This document shows, piece after piece, positions 35,648 to 48,100 of a stretch of DNA of 64,000 nt. A program made the translations under genes and the position numbers. The notes under the pieces are model-generated. The model ran no database searches. It saw only the letters and a list, made by a program, of their open reading frames with translations, and had not been told where the DNA came from. The stretch is taken from positions 253,952,001-254,016,000 of the forward strand of contig NC_067403.1 of the NCBI RefSeq assembly GCF_016432865.1, given 5' to 3'. The DNA comes from Antechinus flavipes. Its lineage: Eukaryota. How positions within the stretch are numbered: position 1 is the stretch's first letter; each line of letters opens with the position of its first letter.

Positions 35648-38600
35648 TCACCGATACCCTTGGTAGCCATAGTAGTTCCTGTAGTATCGGTCTCGGTCCT
35701 GGTAGTAGTAGCTCTGCCACTGGAAGAGAGGGAAAGCCCAGTCAGCCGGGGCCGGCCGCCGAGCCTCTCCCCTCCTGGATCTAGGCTCCCTCGCCCACTC
35801 ACCTCCCGGTTGTACTGCCTGTAGTAATCCCTGTATCGGTTGTAGTCGTAGTCCCGGCCGTAGAATCGATCGTAATCTCCTCGGTATCGGTCATAGAAGT
35901 TACGGTAACCCTGAGGGAGTGGAGAGGGCGGAAGGGTAAGGCGCGCTCGGGGCCGCCCGGCACTCGGCCGGAGCAGAGATGGCCGTTTCCCAGCTAGCCC
36001 CCCCAAAGCAGCAGCAATCCCCTCGGCACACGCAGCCAGCAGGCGGATACAGATGCGCGGGGCTCGCCCTCGAGGAGCTTAGCCCGCGGTCCTGCCAGGA
36101 GGGAGCAGCTGGAGGAGAGCTACACTCACCCCTCTGCTTCCAGACTGCCCCCAGTACTGCTGCCCATAGGCCCGGTTGTCGTAGCCCCGGCGCTGCCCGC
36201 CGACTGGAAGAGAAACGGACAACAGCTCTCAGACAGGCGCCCGGGGCTCTTGGCTGGGGTCAGCCCCCCTGAAGGACCCCCCGGCCCTGCGGGAGGACAG
36301 AGCAATGGCCTGGGGGGCCGAGGGATCAACTCCTCCACTTAGAGAGAAATGAGTCAAGAGGCAGCCGGGCAGGGCGTCCATTCCAGTCCGGCCTCTGAAC
36401 GCTCAAACCGTTCTTCCCCAACCTTGGTTTTCTCCGAGAGCAGAGGGACCCTTCCTGCCCCCCGGGGGCAGGTGAGACCAGCAGAGAGCCCCTCTCCCTG
36501 GAGCCTCCACACGCAAGGAGCGGCAGAGGAGCACTCCCCGGACTGGGCCCGCGCCCCTCCCTCCCTGCCCCGTGGCCCAGCCCTCCGGCTGCCGGCAGCG
36601 GCCCCTGCTCACCGTATCCTTGGCCGCGACTGCGGCTCTGCCGGTTGCGCTTGTTGCGGTTGTTGCGGCGGTTTGTCCGCTTCTCAGAAGGGGGCAGCAG
36701 CTTCCTCGCCTCCTCTTTGTATCTGGTGACCAGCGGCTGGGCCTCCTCCTTCTCCAGTTCCCCAAAGGTCACCTCCTCCATATAGTCACATTTTTCAGGC
36801 AGAGAGAAGTTGGCTGCGAGTGTTTACAAAAGGGGGTGGGAAGCTGAGAACATGATCCGGGCCTTTTTTCTTCCCCTTGGAAATCCCAGAACAGAGTGGG
36901 CTCCCCCCCCCCCACAAGCCTGGCACCTACAAAACTCCCCCCAACTCAACACAGATAAACGTCATCCACGGCTGGCCCTCGATTCGAGTTAGCCAGGAGG
37001 CCCTCAAACCTCGGCCCCCCGCCTCCTGCCCATCTGGGACTCCCCCTCTAGCTCCCACTGCAACGAAGCTGGGACTTCTGCGCTTTTAGGAATAGAGTGA
37101 CCTAAACTGCCACGCAGCCAGAAGCAGCAATGGCTCTGCTGGAAAGCCAACCCTTCCAAGAAGAGCCCTTGGCTCTAGCCAGTCGGCCCCAGGGCGGGCA
37201 GGGAGCTGGGATCCTTTCTGGCCCCCTCTTCGGGGGGGAGAGGAGGGGTGTGCAGCCATTGTTTTTAGGCCAACTCCTTTTCATGCCTCTTCCTCGACAT
37301 CTTGACAGAGACGAGGAATCCCACTGAGAAGATAAGCCGACCGAGGCCTCGGCCACGGCCTTGCTCCGGGAACAAAGACCAAGGTCCTTTAGGGAGCGTG
37401 CCGTTAGAGGGAAGCCCTAGAGCGACCACCCGAACGTGCTTAGTGGCCCATCTCAGTTTAACGTAACCTAACCTCCCCATCCTTCCATGTCCTGCTGACG
37501 GTTTTCTTCAGAACCACAACTGAATTCCAGGGGCTCAGAAAGACGCCTGAGCCCAGGGCTCTCTGGACCCGAGCGGCAGAAACACTCACCGCGGCTGCAG
37601 TTTCCTGAGACCATCCTGCCGGCCTGTCTGGAGGCTCCCACTAAGGGCTGGGGCTGTTTCAGCCAAACAGCAGAAGCACTAATGGGCAGCTACGCGGACG
37701 GGACTCGCCCTCCAGGCCGGAGCTCCCCCTCATTTCAATTACTGCCACCTACTAAGCTCATTCCCACAAAGCCCGGCCCGGGCCGGGGCCTGCCTGCAGC
37801 CTGACCCTTCGGCTCCAATCTGGGGTTCCGGAGCCACCACTAAGGAGGTGGGAGCCCACAGGGAGGACGGAACCCCAAAGCGCACCTTTCATCTCCAGCA
37901 TTACAGTGTCCGGCACGTCGTCTCCCTCCGCCTCCTTCCTCAGCTCCAGCCTCTTTTTCCAGTCCTCCTCGTTGGGGACGATCACCACCACTTTCCGGGA
38001 GAAGGTCTTAAAGAGGAGCAGCTTCCGCCGCTGGCCGGAGTTGTACACGTTACACTGGGGACACGAGCACAAGGCACGCCTGCTCACTCGGGCTTGGCGG
38101 CAGCGGCTGCCCAGAAGCAGACCGGCCTGAAGCTCAGGAGCCCTCCTTGCCAGGCGGCTCAGGGACGGGGGCGGGCACACTGGATGAGGGACTCGGAGCC
38201 CTGCCCCGCAGGCCGGGCCCGGGAAGGCCGAAAAGTGCTCGCGGAGGAATACCTGATCCAGGATGATGTTTCTCTTTGTCCTTGAGGCCACCTGGACCAG
38301 CTTGCTAAGGCACTGGGAGGCTTGCTGCACTAAAAGGTCCCGGCTCTTGGGGTCCATCTCTGGCTCCTCAGGCCCCTTCATCTGACAAGGAAACAAACAA
38401 CAGGCCTTCCTCTCCACCACGGCCCTTCGGACCTGCTCCCAGCTCCCGGGAACAGGAGCAGCCTGGGCTTCTCGAGGCTGTGGGGCGCCGCTGCCCAAGC
38501 CCCGAGGGGGCTCCCCGCTTACCCGCATCTGATTGAGCACAGTCTCAGCTCCCAGGACGTTGTATCTTTTCTCAGGATTATCTTGTGCGTACTTCAGTGC

Positions 38601-41600
38601 CCACTGGGTCTTTCCAGATCCAGGCAGTCCCACCATCAGTAACACCTGCGAGGTTACAGCACCGGGTTTGTAGCGGGGAAGACGAGCCCAGAAGGGGAAG
38701 TGTTCCCTGGGTGCGGGTGGGCCCCATCCCTCCTCCTGCCCCGCCCCCACGTAGCTGAGCTCTCGGTGCCAGCCCCGGGCCCCCGCTGCTCCCACCTCGC
38801 ACTCCTGCGTGGTCTTGGGCGGCAGCACCGTCCGAACGCGCTCCTCCACGGGCACAGCATGGATGAACACAAACTCCTCAGGAGGGGGGAAGAAGGGCTC
38901 CTCCTTCTGGCCAAAGTTGAGCTCCACCACACAGTTTTTGCAGAGGACGTGAGGCAGGAGGGCCCGCTCGCTCAGGGACTCCTTGCTGACCCGGAAAGCC
39001 ACACCCAAGTCATCTCCGTTTTTAGAGAAAGAGAGCTCCACTTCCTCGCTCCCGAAATTCTGTGATGGACAAGGACAAGCAACAGAGCACGGCTTGAGCT
39101 GCCTGCTCAGCGTCCCAGGACAAGGAGGAAAAATGCTTCTGCAGCTGCGCTCTCCCTTCGTCAACTCGTGGCACAAAGCCCCTCATCAGCAGCGCAGGGG
39201 CCGGCAGGGAGCAAGCCCCCTGGCAGCGGGAGGGCGGGCACCTCGCGGAGAGGGAGCGCACTGCCCGGCGTCCTTCCCCCGGCGCCATGCCCTTGCGGCC
39301 TACAGCCTTCAATCAATGGACTGCTCTCACAAAGACTTACAGCAAAGCAGCCAATGACATCATTTTCCCCAAAGGCCTGGCCATATTCCTCAAACTGCCC
39401 ATTTTCTGCCTTTAGCCCCCGGCCATCGAAGCCATAAGAAAATTCATCTTCACCTAGAACAGAGGAGCAGAGTTACCTCCCCGGAAGATGCCCTCCCCCT
39501 CCAACGTCCCACACGGGAGACTTGCTCCAGTTACGAGGGGAAGGGAAAAGGGATTTTACCAAGTTGTGGACGGGAGAAGTCAACAGACCATCCGACTCGA
39601 AGAAGAGACGCCTCGGTGCAGCCTTCCTTCAGGGGCAGGTTCTGGGTCACCTGTGCGGGCCAGAAAGGGAAGCCTCAGCCACCTGGAGCCCCAGCCCCCA
39701 GGGCCGGCCTCCCTCAGGGGGCCCGCCCTGCCAGCTGCTGCCCAACAGCTCTGGCACAGAGAGGAGCCGGCGGGCACACGGGGAAGGAGGGAGGAGGAGG
39801 AACGATCCTCACGAGCTGCTGCCCCACCTTGGCTTCAAAACAGACTTTGCCCTTCGTGACTCCGTAGGTGCTCCTGGCTCCCGACCAGAGGGTGGGAAAT
39901 TTCTCGGAGAAAAGCGGCTGGCCCCCGTACCGGTCCTTGCTGACTTGGAAATGGAGGTCCGAGGTATCTGTGGGGAAGGAGGAGACACGTCACTCCAGCA
40001 GCACAGGCCGCCCCCGATCCCGCCACCCCTCCAAGGCCCAGCCTCCTGAGCCCTTCGGGGCCCGGACGACAAATGCACTCCTGAAGCCAGAGAGGAGACG
40101 GGAGGTTCCCGGGCCGCCTCCTACGTACACGTGTCTAGGTTCACAAGGGTCGGGTCCTCTTCCTCATCTCTGACCTCTTCTTCAGGGGGCGGGGGAGACT
40201 TTGAACTACACGAGAGAAAAACAGCACCCTGTGACCCAGCACGTCCCCGTCTCTGATGGGTGTTTGCTTGAGCTCAAGTCTACTTCAAGAGGAGCACATG
40301 AAACCTGCGCCTGTGAAGCCCCTCAGATCCAGCTCGTTCAGCAGCAGCCCCTCTGGGTCTCGTGGCCAAGGCAGAAATGCCAGGGACTCAAAGGGGAGCT
40401 CCCTCTTACCGACTGTGATAAGCCTCTTCTCGAAACTCATAGTAAGCCCTGCCGTGCTCTTCCTTCTCGTCCCGCTGTCTCTTTACCCCACGACGCTCTC
40501 CATCTGAACCCGTGGGTTTTGACTTCTCACTACGCTCGTCTCCTACAGAAAGGATGGAAAATGAACAATTTTCACTGAAAAAAAAAAAAAAGAAGAAAAA
40601 CAAAGTCTCCTAAATCTAACCCCCACATCCCCTGGAAGTAGCCACAGTGCCTCCACAACAAAAGGAAACCTTGTCACAACTGTCTAGAACACGATGACTT
40701 TATCTGCTAGAGACTGATGATAAAATTAAAAAGAAAATTGAGAATTCTTGGGGGCTTTTTTTTAACCCATCTGTCCAAATTAACTCAGACAGAAATGCAT
40801 GCTTTAAACTTGGGACAGTGCAAACTGTCCAGAGCAGCGTAGCGAAGGTCAAGGGCTCAGACAACTGAATGGGTTCAACTCTATTTGGGATTCTAGCTGG
40901 ACAGGTTAGTTCTAACAGCTTTCCTGACAATCCAGCCTCAATTAAATAGAAAATCCCTTCCCCCAATTTCAAAATGTGTGGCCACAGCTTCCCTACAAAT
41001 AGCAGGTGGATCCAGGTGCACGAGACAAGGCTGTATTTTTAACATAGTTCTTTAGTCAATGTTGTGAGGGCAAAGCATAAGTCACAAGAAACCCATAAAT
41101 AATTCTGCAGATTTGGTGCACACAATCTGGGACAGGAAGATGCTTTTTCAACTTTAACACCCAATTGTTATTTTTTTAAATGATAAAACTAGATTTTTTA
41201 CAAGGTACATCCACGATGATACGTTAGTTGGCTAGAACCCCATTTACGCTCTATTAACTGGAGTGCAGGTATCTGAGCCTTCCTATGACTGACAGAAGCT
41301 AAATAATTTATATTCTGGCCACTGAATGTTAACCAAGCGTGCTATGATGTTTTTTCTTTATTTGTATTATCTCTAATGCCAAGAACAGAATACGACAAAT
41401 AGTAGGTGCTTAATTAATCCATCCACTGGACCCTGTTTTTATTTAGAAAGGCTCCATATCAGGATAATCACCTAGAGATCGGCCTTATCAAAGAGCTGGC
41501 CCAGGCTCAGAGGCATTATCGAACCCACAAGTCCACCTTCCAAAGGCCCACTTGGAGTTAGCTCCCCAGATCCTGCCTGGACTCTGACATGTTTACAGAG

Positions 41601-43457
41601 CCAGCCAATCACTTCGAACACTAAAAGGTCATTATCTCCCTGGGAAAAGCTGCCTGCTCCTCAAGTCGGCCACCTCGGGGCACCTCAATCAGCTACATTT
41701 CAAGGAGCTTTCAGAAACCCCACTTATTTAAAAGAAAAACTCACTGACGTAAACCCACCATAAACACGCTCATCTGCTATCTCGATACAAAGGTTGGCAT
41801 TTGAACAGGAAGGGAGGTAAAGCTCAAAGTCAGTAACAGTAACTATCCTGCCCCAGAGCAATCAATCGTGTTGTCTCTTAACTAGTAAACCCGATACCCC
41901 CACTGGAAGGCGCAAGGCAGAGGAGCTGCTGCTGCCCCAGTTGCCATGGGTTTCCTGACTGCCCAGATGCCAGGCTCCGCCGGGACCTGAGGGATAAGCG
42001 AGTCAGGGAAACCCCGTTTTCCCCATAAACCTCCCCCCCAGGAACTCCAGAAGGCTGGGGGCTCCACAGGTAGTCCAGGCAGTTCCATCCCAGGGTGGGA
42101 GGAGGGCCCACAGAGGCCAAGCTGGGCCCTGCAATGGCCATCCTTGGGAGATCAGGCCTTAGAGACTGTCTCTCCAGCACCTGGCAGCTCAGAGACCTCA
42201 TGGGAGGAGGACTGCTCTGGTCCAGCCCACTGACTGACTTACAGGAGATCCAGAGGGGGCCGAGCTTGCCCATCAAACTGCAGGATGCAGCAGGGAGGGA
42301 AGGGAAATTGAGATCAGAGACCGAGAGACTCGCTGGTACAATCACAAATTACTAAACTGACACCTTCACCTCCCAGAAAATCTAGTCCCTCCTTACCCTG
42401 GGGGAAATCAAGGCTGACAGAAAGACGGCCCCCCAAATAGACCAAAAACCACCTTTCCACCAACTGTTGGATGAGGACATCATAAAAAGGAGGGGGGGCT
42501 TAATGACCACCCGAGTTTGCCGACACTCCCCCCCTGCCCAGCACCCTCCCCGTATTCTAAAACAAGGAAGAGAGAGGCTCGACCTTGTGAATCCCCCCAG
42601 CCCAGAGCCCCTTTTTGCAACAAGGTAACCAGATGCATGTTCGGGGTCAACCTTACAAAACCAGTACAGCGCCCTCTTTTACAACAAGAGAAACTGAGGT
42701 TCGAAAAGGCACGACCTTGCAAAGCCCACCCCCCTTTACAGCCAAGGAAACGGGTGCGACCTTGCAAGCCCCCCAGTCCAGCGCCCCCCTTTTACAGCAA
42801 GGTAACCAGATCCACGTTCGGGGTCGACCTTGCGAGCCTCCCCCCCAGCCCAGCCCAGCCCAGGGTGACAGCAGGGGACCCCGAGGCCCGCACGCTAACC
42901 GCTGCAGGCCATGCTCACCCGGCTCCTCGTTGCCGCCGGCCTTGGGGGCGGGCGCTGGGTCGCGCTGGCCGTCCGGGGCCAAGGCCGCGTCGGGCTCGGG
43001 CTCGGCTTCGGCATCCGCGTCGCCCTGATCGTGGCCTGGCGCGGGCTGCGGCGGTGCCGGGGACTCGGGGGGCTGCGGGTCGGGCGCTGCCATGGCCGGC
43101 GAGGCGGCTGCGGGCGGCCGGGGCTGCGCCGAGGCCCGGCCCGAGGGCTGGGGCTGGGACGCGGCGGCGGCGGCGGCGGGGGGCGGATCCTCGGCCTCGT
43201 CCTCGTCCTCCAGCAGCAGCAGCGCCGCCGCCGCGTCCTCCTCGGCCGCCCCCGCCCCCCGCTCCCCCTCCTCCCGCCACTCGGCCCCCTCCTCCCCCTC
43301 CGCGGCCGCCGCCGCCGCGTCCTCGTCCGCGTCCTCGTCCTCGTCCGCGTCCGCGTCCTCGTCCTCGTTCGCCTCGTCGCCGCCCGGGCTCCGCACGGCC
43401 GCCGCCTCTCCCGCCGCCCCCGGCCGCCCGGGCCGCGCCGCCGCCGCCGCCCCGCCC
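35648..43457 (-). CDS. HNRNPUL2: Heterogeneous nuclear ribonucleoprotein U-like 2 (start codon and SAP domain in N gap)
   Basis: Exons (gap)43457-42919, 40542-40410, 40205-40129, 39967-39828, 39650-39560, 39453-39341, 39059-38796, 38645-38523, 38381-38253, 38054-37886, 36813-36613, 36203-36130, 35910-35803, 35719-35648. SPRY domain, P-loop GLPGSGKT, Tyr/Arg-rich tail YGYQGYR*. Poly(A) signal 33663-33658. Confidence 0.97.
42555..42850. repeat. Degenerate tandem array, five units of about 50-65 bp, in HNRNPUL2 intron 1
   Basis: Recurring CCCCTTTT(A/G)CA(A/G)CAAGG...CGACCTTGC. Units 2 and 5 share CAAGGTAACCAGAT.CA.GTTCGGGGTC.ACCTT. Confidence 0.65.
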
Positions 43458-43632
43458 NNNNNNNNNNNNNNNNNNNNNNNNNNNNNNNNNNNNNNNNNNN
43501 NNNNNNNNNNNNNNNNNNNNNNNNNNNNNNNNNNNNNNNNNNNNNNNNNNNNNNNNNNNNNNNNNNNNNNNNNNNNNNNNNNNNNNNNNNNNNNNNNNNN
43601 NNNNNNNNNNNNNNNNNNNNNNNNNNNNNNNN
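43458..43632. other. Assembly gap (175 N) in the GC-rich HNRNPUL2 exon 1
   Basis: Run of N. Its size fits the missing ATG, the SAP domain (about 45 codons) and some UTR. Confidence 0.99.
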
Positions 43633-44199
43633 CCGCCTCCTCCCTCCTCCTCCTCCCCCCTTTTCGCCCCCCCGCGAACCGTCGGCCCTGTCCCAGCGCG
43701 CAGGCGCAGGGCCTGCCGCCGCCGGGGCCGGCCGCCTCTCGCGCGCCGGGGCCGGGGCCCGCTGGGGCACGCGCTCCCGGGAAACAGGGGGCCGGCGGCT
43801 CGACGCCGGGGACTCCCGGCCGGCGACCATCACGGCCGTGCCCCCGACCCCCTCCTTTCTCTCTCCGGGCCTAGTCTTGGACCTCCGAGGGGATTCTTTT
43901 TCCACCCCTCCCTTCACGCCCCCCGAACCGCGCGCCTCCCAGGATAGGCTGGCTTTCCTCGCTCTTCCCGCCCCCTTTTCCGTCTCCACCAATCACTGCA
44001 ACAAGGTCTATCCCGATTTGTTTGGGTCTTGTTTTTATTGCGGCCCCCAGGAGCGGGGTTAAGCCGGTTTCTACTACGGGGCTGCGGTCCTTCCTCTCCT
44101 CCACCTCCTAGCTTCTTACGCTGAGGGGAGACCTCGGCAGCCCCTACCCCCTGCCGCAAGGAGGAGCGGGGCGGAGAAAACGTCATTTTTTAGTTACAA

Positions 44200-44800
44200 A
44201 ACTAGGGTGCGGGCCTAGGGGCCGCTGGTCCCTTCTCACCCACAGTCTCCAGGCCGGCGACACGCCCTCTGGGTTTCCCCTTTCTCCCGCCCCAAGCCCC
44301 TCTTATTGGGTGGCTCGAATCGCTCAGTCTTCATTCCCATTGGTCGATCCGCACCGCCGGGGTTTCTTTTTTTCTCTGATTGGGCTACTCAGCCGGAGAC
44401 GGTTTGTGGATTGGTCCGCGCGGGGCGCCGACCCAGAGGGACAGGCAGGAGGAAGGCGGCGATGCTCGAGGTTTTTAGCCCTTGGCGCGCGTGCATCGGC
44501 TCGCGGCCGTGAGGTGATTGGACGGCGGGAGCGCGCGCGGAGGCGCTCGGTAATCTGGCCCTCTCTGGGATCCCTGCGGGCTGAGTGGCGGGCGGCAGTG
44601 TAGGGCCGGGCCCGGTTTTCGCGTGTGGGGTCCCACGGGAGCCCGGCCATCGCGTCCCGGCCACGTTCAGGACTTGGACGCCAGTGCCCAGGCCGCCTCT
44701 CTGGACGGACGGTGGGGCCCAGTGGGGTCGCGGTGGGAGGGGAGGTGCGGTCTGTGGGGGCAGGGGCTCTGTAAGGTAGGTGCGAGGCCAGCCCACGCGT
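44200..44800. promoter_or_regulatory. Bidirectional CpG-island promoter HNRNPUL2 / TTC9C
   Basis: CpG-rich; several ATTGG (CCAAT) boxes at about 44306, 44339, 44379, 44410, 44517; divergent genes on both sides. Confidence 0.65.
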
Positions 44801-45105
44801 GCGGCCGCCGTCGCACTCCGGGCTTCCAGGGCCGCTTGCTTGGCCTGAAACCCATTTAAAGTAAAGAGGGAACCACCCGCCCCCATCTCGGTAGTCTGTC
44901 AGCCCGCTTAAAGGGGGGGAGGGACTGTGGGTGCAGAACCAGTCCCGTGTGTTCCGTGTCTCTCAGGAGTTTCTGGGAGGAAGCCCCGCCCCCTCGGTCG
45001 GGTAGCCGAGGGCTAGCCCCGGGTGTCCCAGGGTCTCCTCCCGGCCGCAGCATCTGCAGCATCACCCTCACCACCAGTCCCGGTTGCAGCTCCAGACTCT
45101 GAGCC

Positions 45106-48100
45106 ATGGAGAGACGGCTTCGGGAGGCGCAGCAATACAAAGAGGAGGGGAACCAGCGCTACCGGGAGGGGCGCTACCGGGATGCGGTGAGCCGCTACCA
45201 CCGGGCGCTGCTTCAGCTGCGGGGCCTCGATCCAAGCCTGCCGTCCCCGCTGCCCCCCCTGGGAGCCCGAGGCCCCGTGCTCACGGCGGAGCAGCAGAAG
45301 GTGCTGGAGAGCACGCAGACTGACTGCTACAACAACCTCGCCGGTAAGAGCTTTCCATCCTGAACGGAGGTTCTCGATCACGACGTTAAAACCATCCGGT
45401 GCTTTTGTTGATTTCGTTTTCTAATGGGAAGAGAGGGAGCCCGAATCTGTTGGGTTTGGGGGTGGGAGATTTTCTTTCCCTTCCTCTGACTACCTGGAGG
45501 AGCATCTTAAGTCCCTCATTTTCAAGCTGGAGAACAGATGGCTCAGTTAATATCTTTAGAATCATTTTGCTGGAAGTAAAAGATTTTTTAGGCCAGTTAA
45601 TTTTAGACTGGCTGAAACAGATCCATTGTTAATCAGAGCAGTGCACTAACCTTACAGCTAAAACCACAGTGCGGAGTGATGCCATAGAGACGGTGAAACA
45701 ATTTTCACATTCTTAGTGGGGGGAAATAGGAGCTGCTGAAGCAACTGAACTAACCCAAGTAACTTCCAGGACCCAAGAAGAGAAGGGGTGCTCAGATCTC
45801 TAATCCTTGTGGAACCCCAGTCCTGCTGGGGGGGGGGAGGGTTGGTCTGGTTCCCCAGCTGCACTAGTAGGACCAGGCAAGCAGGAAGTTAATGATTAAG
45901 TGAAGACCTTTGGGATTCCTGAAGATACCAAGTGGTCAGAGATAGTGTTAGAACAATTAGAACAGGATGGACGGTCAGATGAAGGGTTCCTGAGCAAACT
46001 GCAGGATCTAGAGTAGAGTAGGGAACACTCCTGCCCTGCCAAAGTATCTGTGCAGTTAGAAGTGAGGCAATTGTGGTAACTTTACGATAGGACCGTGATC
46101 TGCTTCTGATCTGGGAGCATTAGCACGCTACAGCTGCCTGTACGGTCCACGCCTGTCATGTCATCCGGCTGATGGTCTGAAGAGAAGGCAGATCCTGAGC
46201 ACCTTGGGCCCCTGGGAGCTCGAGGGACTTGGCCAGCCGTAGCTGGAAGGACCTGACCCTAGGATTCCTGAGGCCAATTTCCTGACCATCACACCATCAT
46301 GCTCCTTCAGCCCTGCGTGCCTAACAATTATGTGCAGTGCGCCTTCCTTGAGGAGCACTCTGGTCAGAGTTCTGAATCAAAGGCACAAAAATTGTTAAAA
46401 ACTCAGGATATGAGACGTATAAGCAGAGAAAAAAAAAAAAACCTAGAGGACGTTTAGCTGAAAGGATCCTGCCCAGCCTCCAAATATATGAACTATTCCA
46501 TAGCATATCCAAATCTGTTCTCCTCTTATTTGCCATATTTATCAAGCTGTGGCCACTACTGTGCTAGAAGCCCTGGGCACTTCATAGTCCCAGCCTTCAG
46601 GACTCAGCCTTAAAGATCCAACTGGGCAGGTAAATATCCCAAGAAATGCCTGTGGAATCATATATAGCAAAGCTAGGGGCCATGAAATTATGATTTGTTA
46701 TCAATCAGTGTTTGATTTGCATCCCTCGTTTATATATCTGGGGTCATAGAAATTCCTTGAGTAAAAAGAGGTCGTAATTGGGCAGCCAAGCCCTTCCTTC
46801 TGTAGATCAGTCTGACTGGCTGGGGAGGCTTCCTGACTCCAGGGGGAGGGAATCACTACACCGTGGTCCTTGAAACTAAGTGAGAGGAGCAGGATTGGCT
46901 CAGAAGAGGGAGAGATGGTTGGGGTGGTCAGGGAAGACTTTATTGAGCAGGATCTCGAGTAATCGGTCATTTGGATTGGCCAAGGAGAAGGCTGGAGGCT
47001 GCTGAGCCAGCAGAAGCCAGGCCTCTGTGGAGGGACTTGTGGGAGAGAGTTACAGGTTGGCATACTGCCTGAGCCTTGAGAAGAATGGACAGTTTGTGCA
47101 GGACAGGGCTATTGTCAGATTATGCTAGAAAGATAGGGGGCAGAGATCGTAATTGTAACTAAACTGAACTCTAAAAACAAAAAAAGGAGCTTAAATTGCA
47201 TCCCAGAAAATGGAGATTCGGTGTCAAGAAACCTGGAAGCACCAGCTACTTCACGGGAAAGTCAGGAGATAGTGAAATCTCGTTTTCCAGCAGGGTAAGG
47301 GGCGCCATCTTGTTCAAGGAGGGTTTATGGATTTTAAGGTTTTTTTTGAAGACTAGGTCCCCTCTTTTCAGAGGCCAGGAGGTAAACAGGCACTTGTGGG
47401 TCTGACCCCATGCTGATGTCACTCATGGGCCTGATCCCGTGCTGCTGCCAAGCTCCACCTTCCCGAAACTCCCCAGCCCGCGCTTCTTGGGGCGCCTGCA
47501 TCCTCCACCCCGAGAGCTGGCCGGAAGTGGGATTCCAGCTTTAGCTCTACTACCGCCACTACCATTTACAAAGCACCTACTATGTGCCAGGCTCTGGGCT
47601 TAGGAGATAAAGACAAAAGATAGCTCCCGCCCTCAAGGAGCTCCCAGTCCCGTAGGGGAGGCTACAAGCAATGACTCTGTGCAAACAATAGAAAAATAGA
47701 CAGGATCGATTGGGGAGAGTCTCCAAAGGAAGGCTCTCGGATTAAGGAGATCTGGGGAAAGCTTCTTGCCGACAGTAGGACTTTGGCTGGGACTTCAAGG
47801 AGGATTGGGGAGGTAAGAAGAGGGCCAGGTTATTGAGGGACTTTAAAAGCCAAACAAGATTTTATATTTGATTCTTGAGGTAATAGGGAGCCACTGCAGT
47901 TGATTGGATGGGAGGAGAGAGATCATTTTGGCAGGTGTAAGTGCAGGACACACTAGAGTAGAGAGAGGCAGAGGGGAAGAGACTTGAGGCTGAGGCCTTC
48001 TACCAGGTTAGAGTCTTACATGACATGATAAGGGCCTACACCAGGGTGGGGACCGTGTCCCAGAAGAAAGGGAAAGCATATGGGAGAGCACATTTGGCAA

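Noticed and set aside
42517-44062. Several 250-476-aa ORFs on both strands across HNRNPUL2 exon 1
   Set aside because: Extreme GC content, and N runs suppress stops. Only the acidic/Ala frame splices into exon 2.
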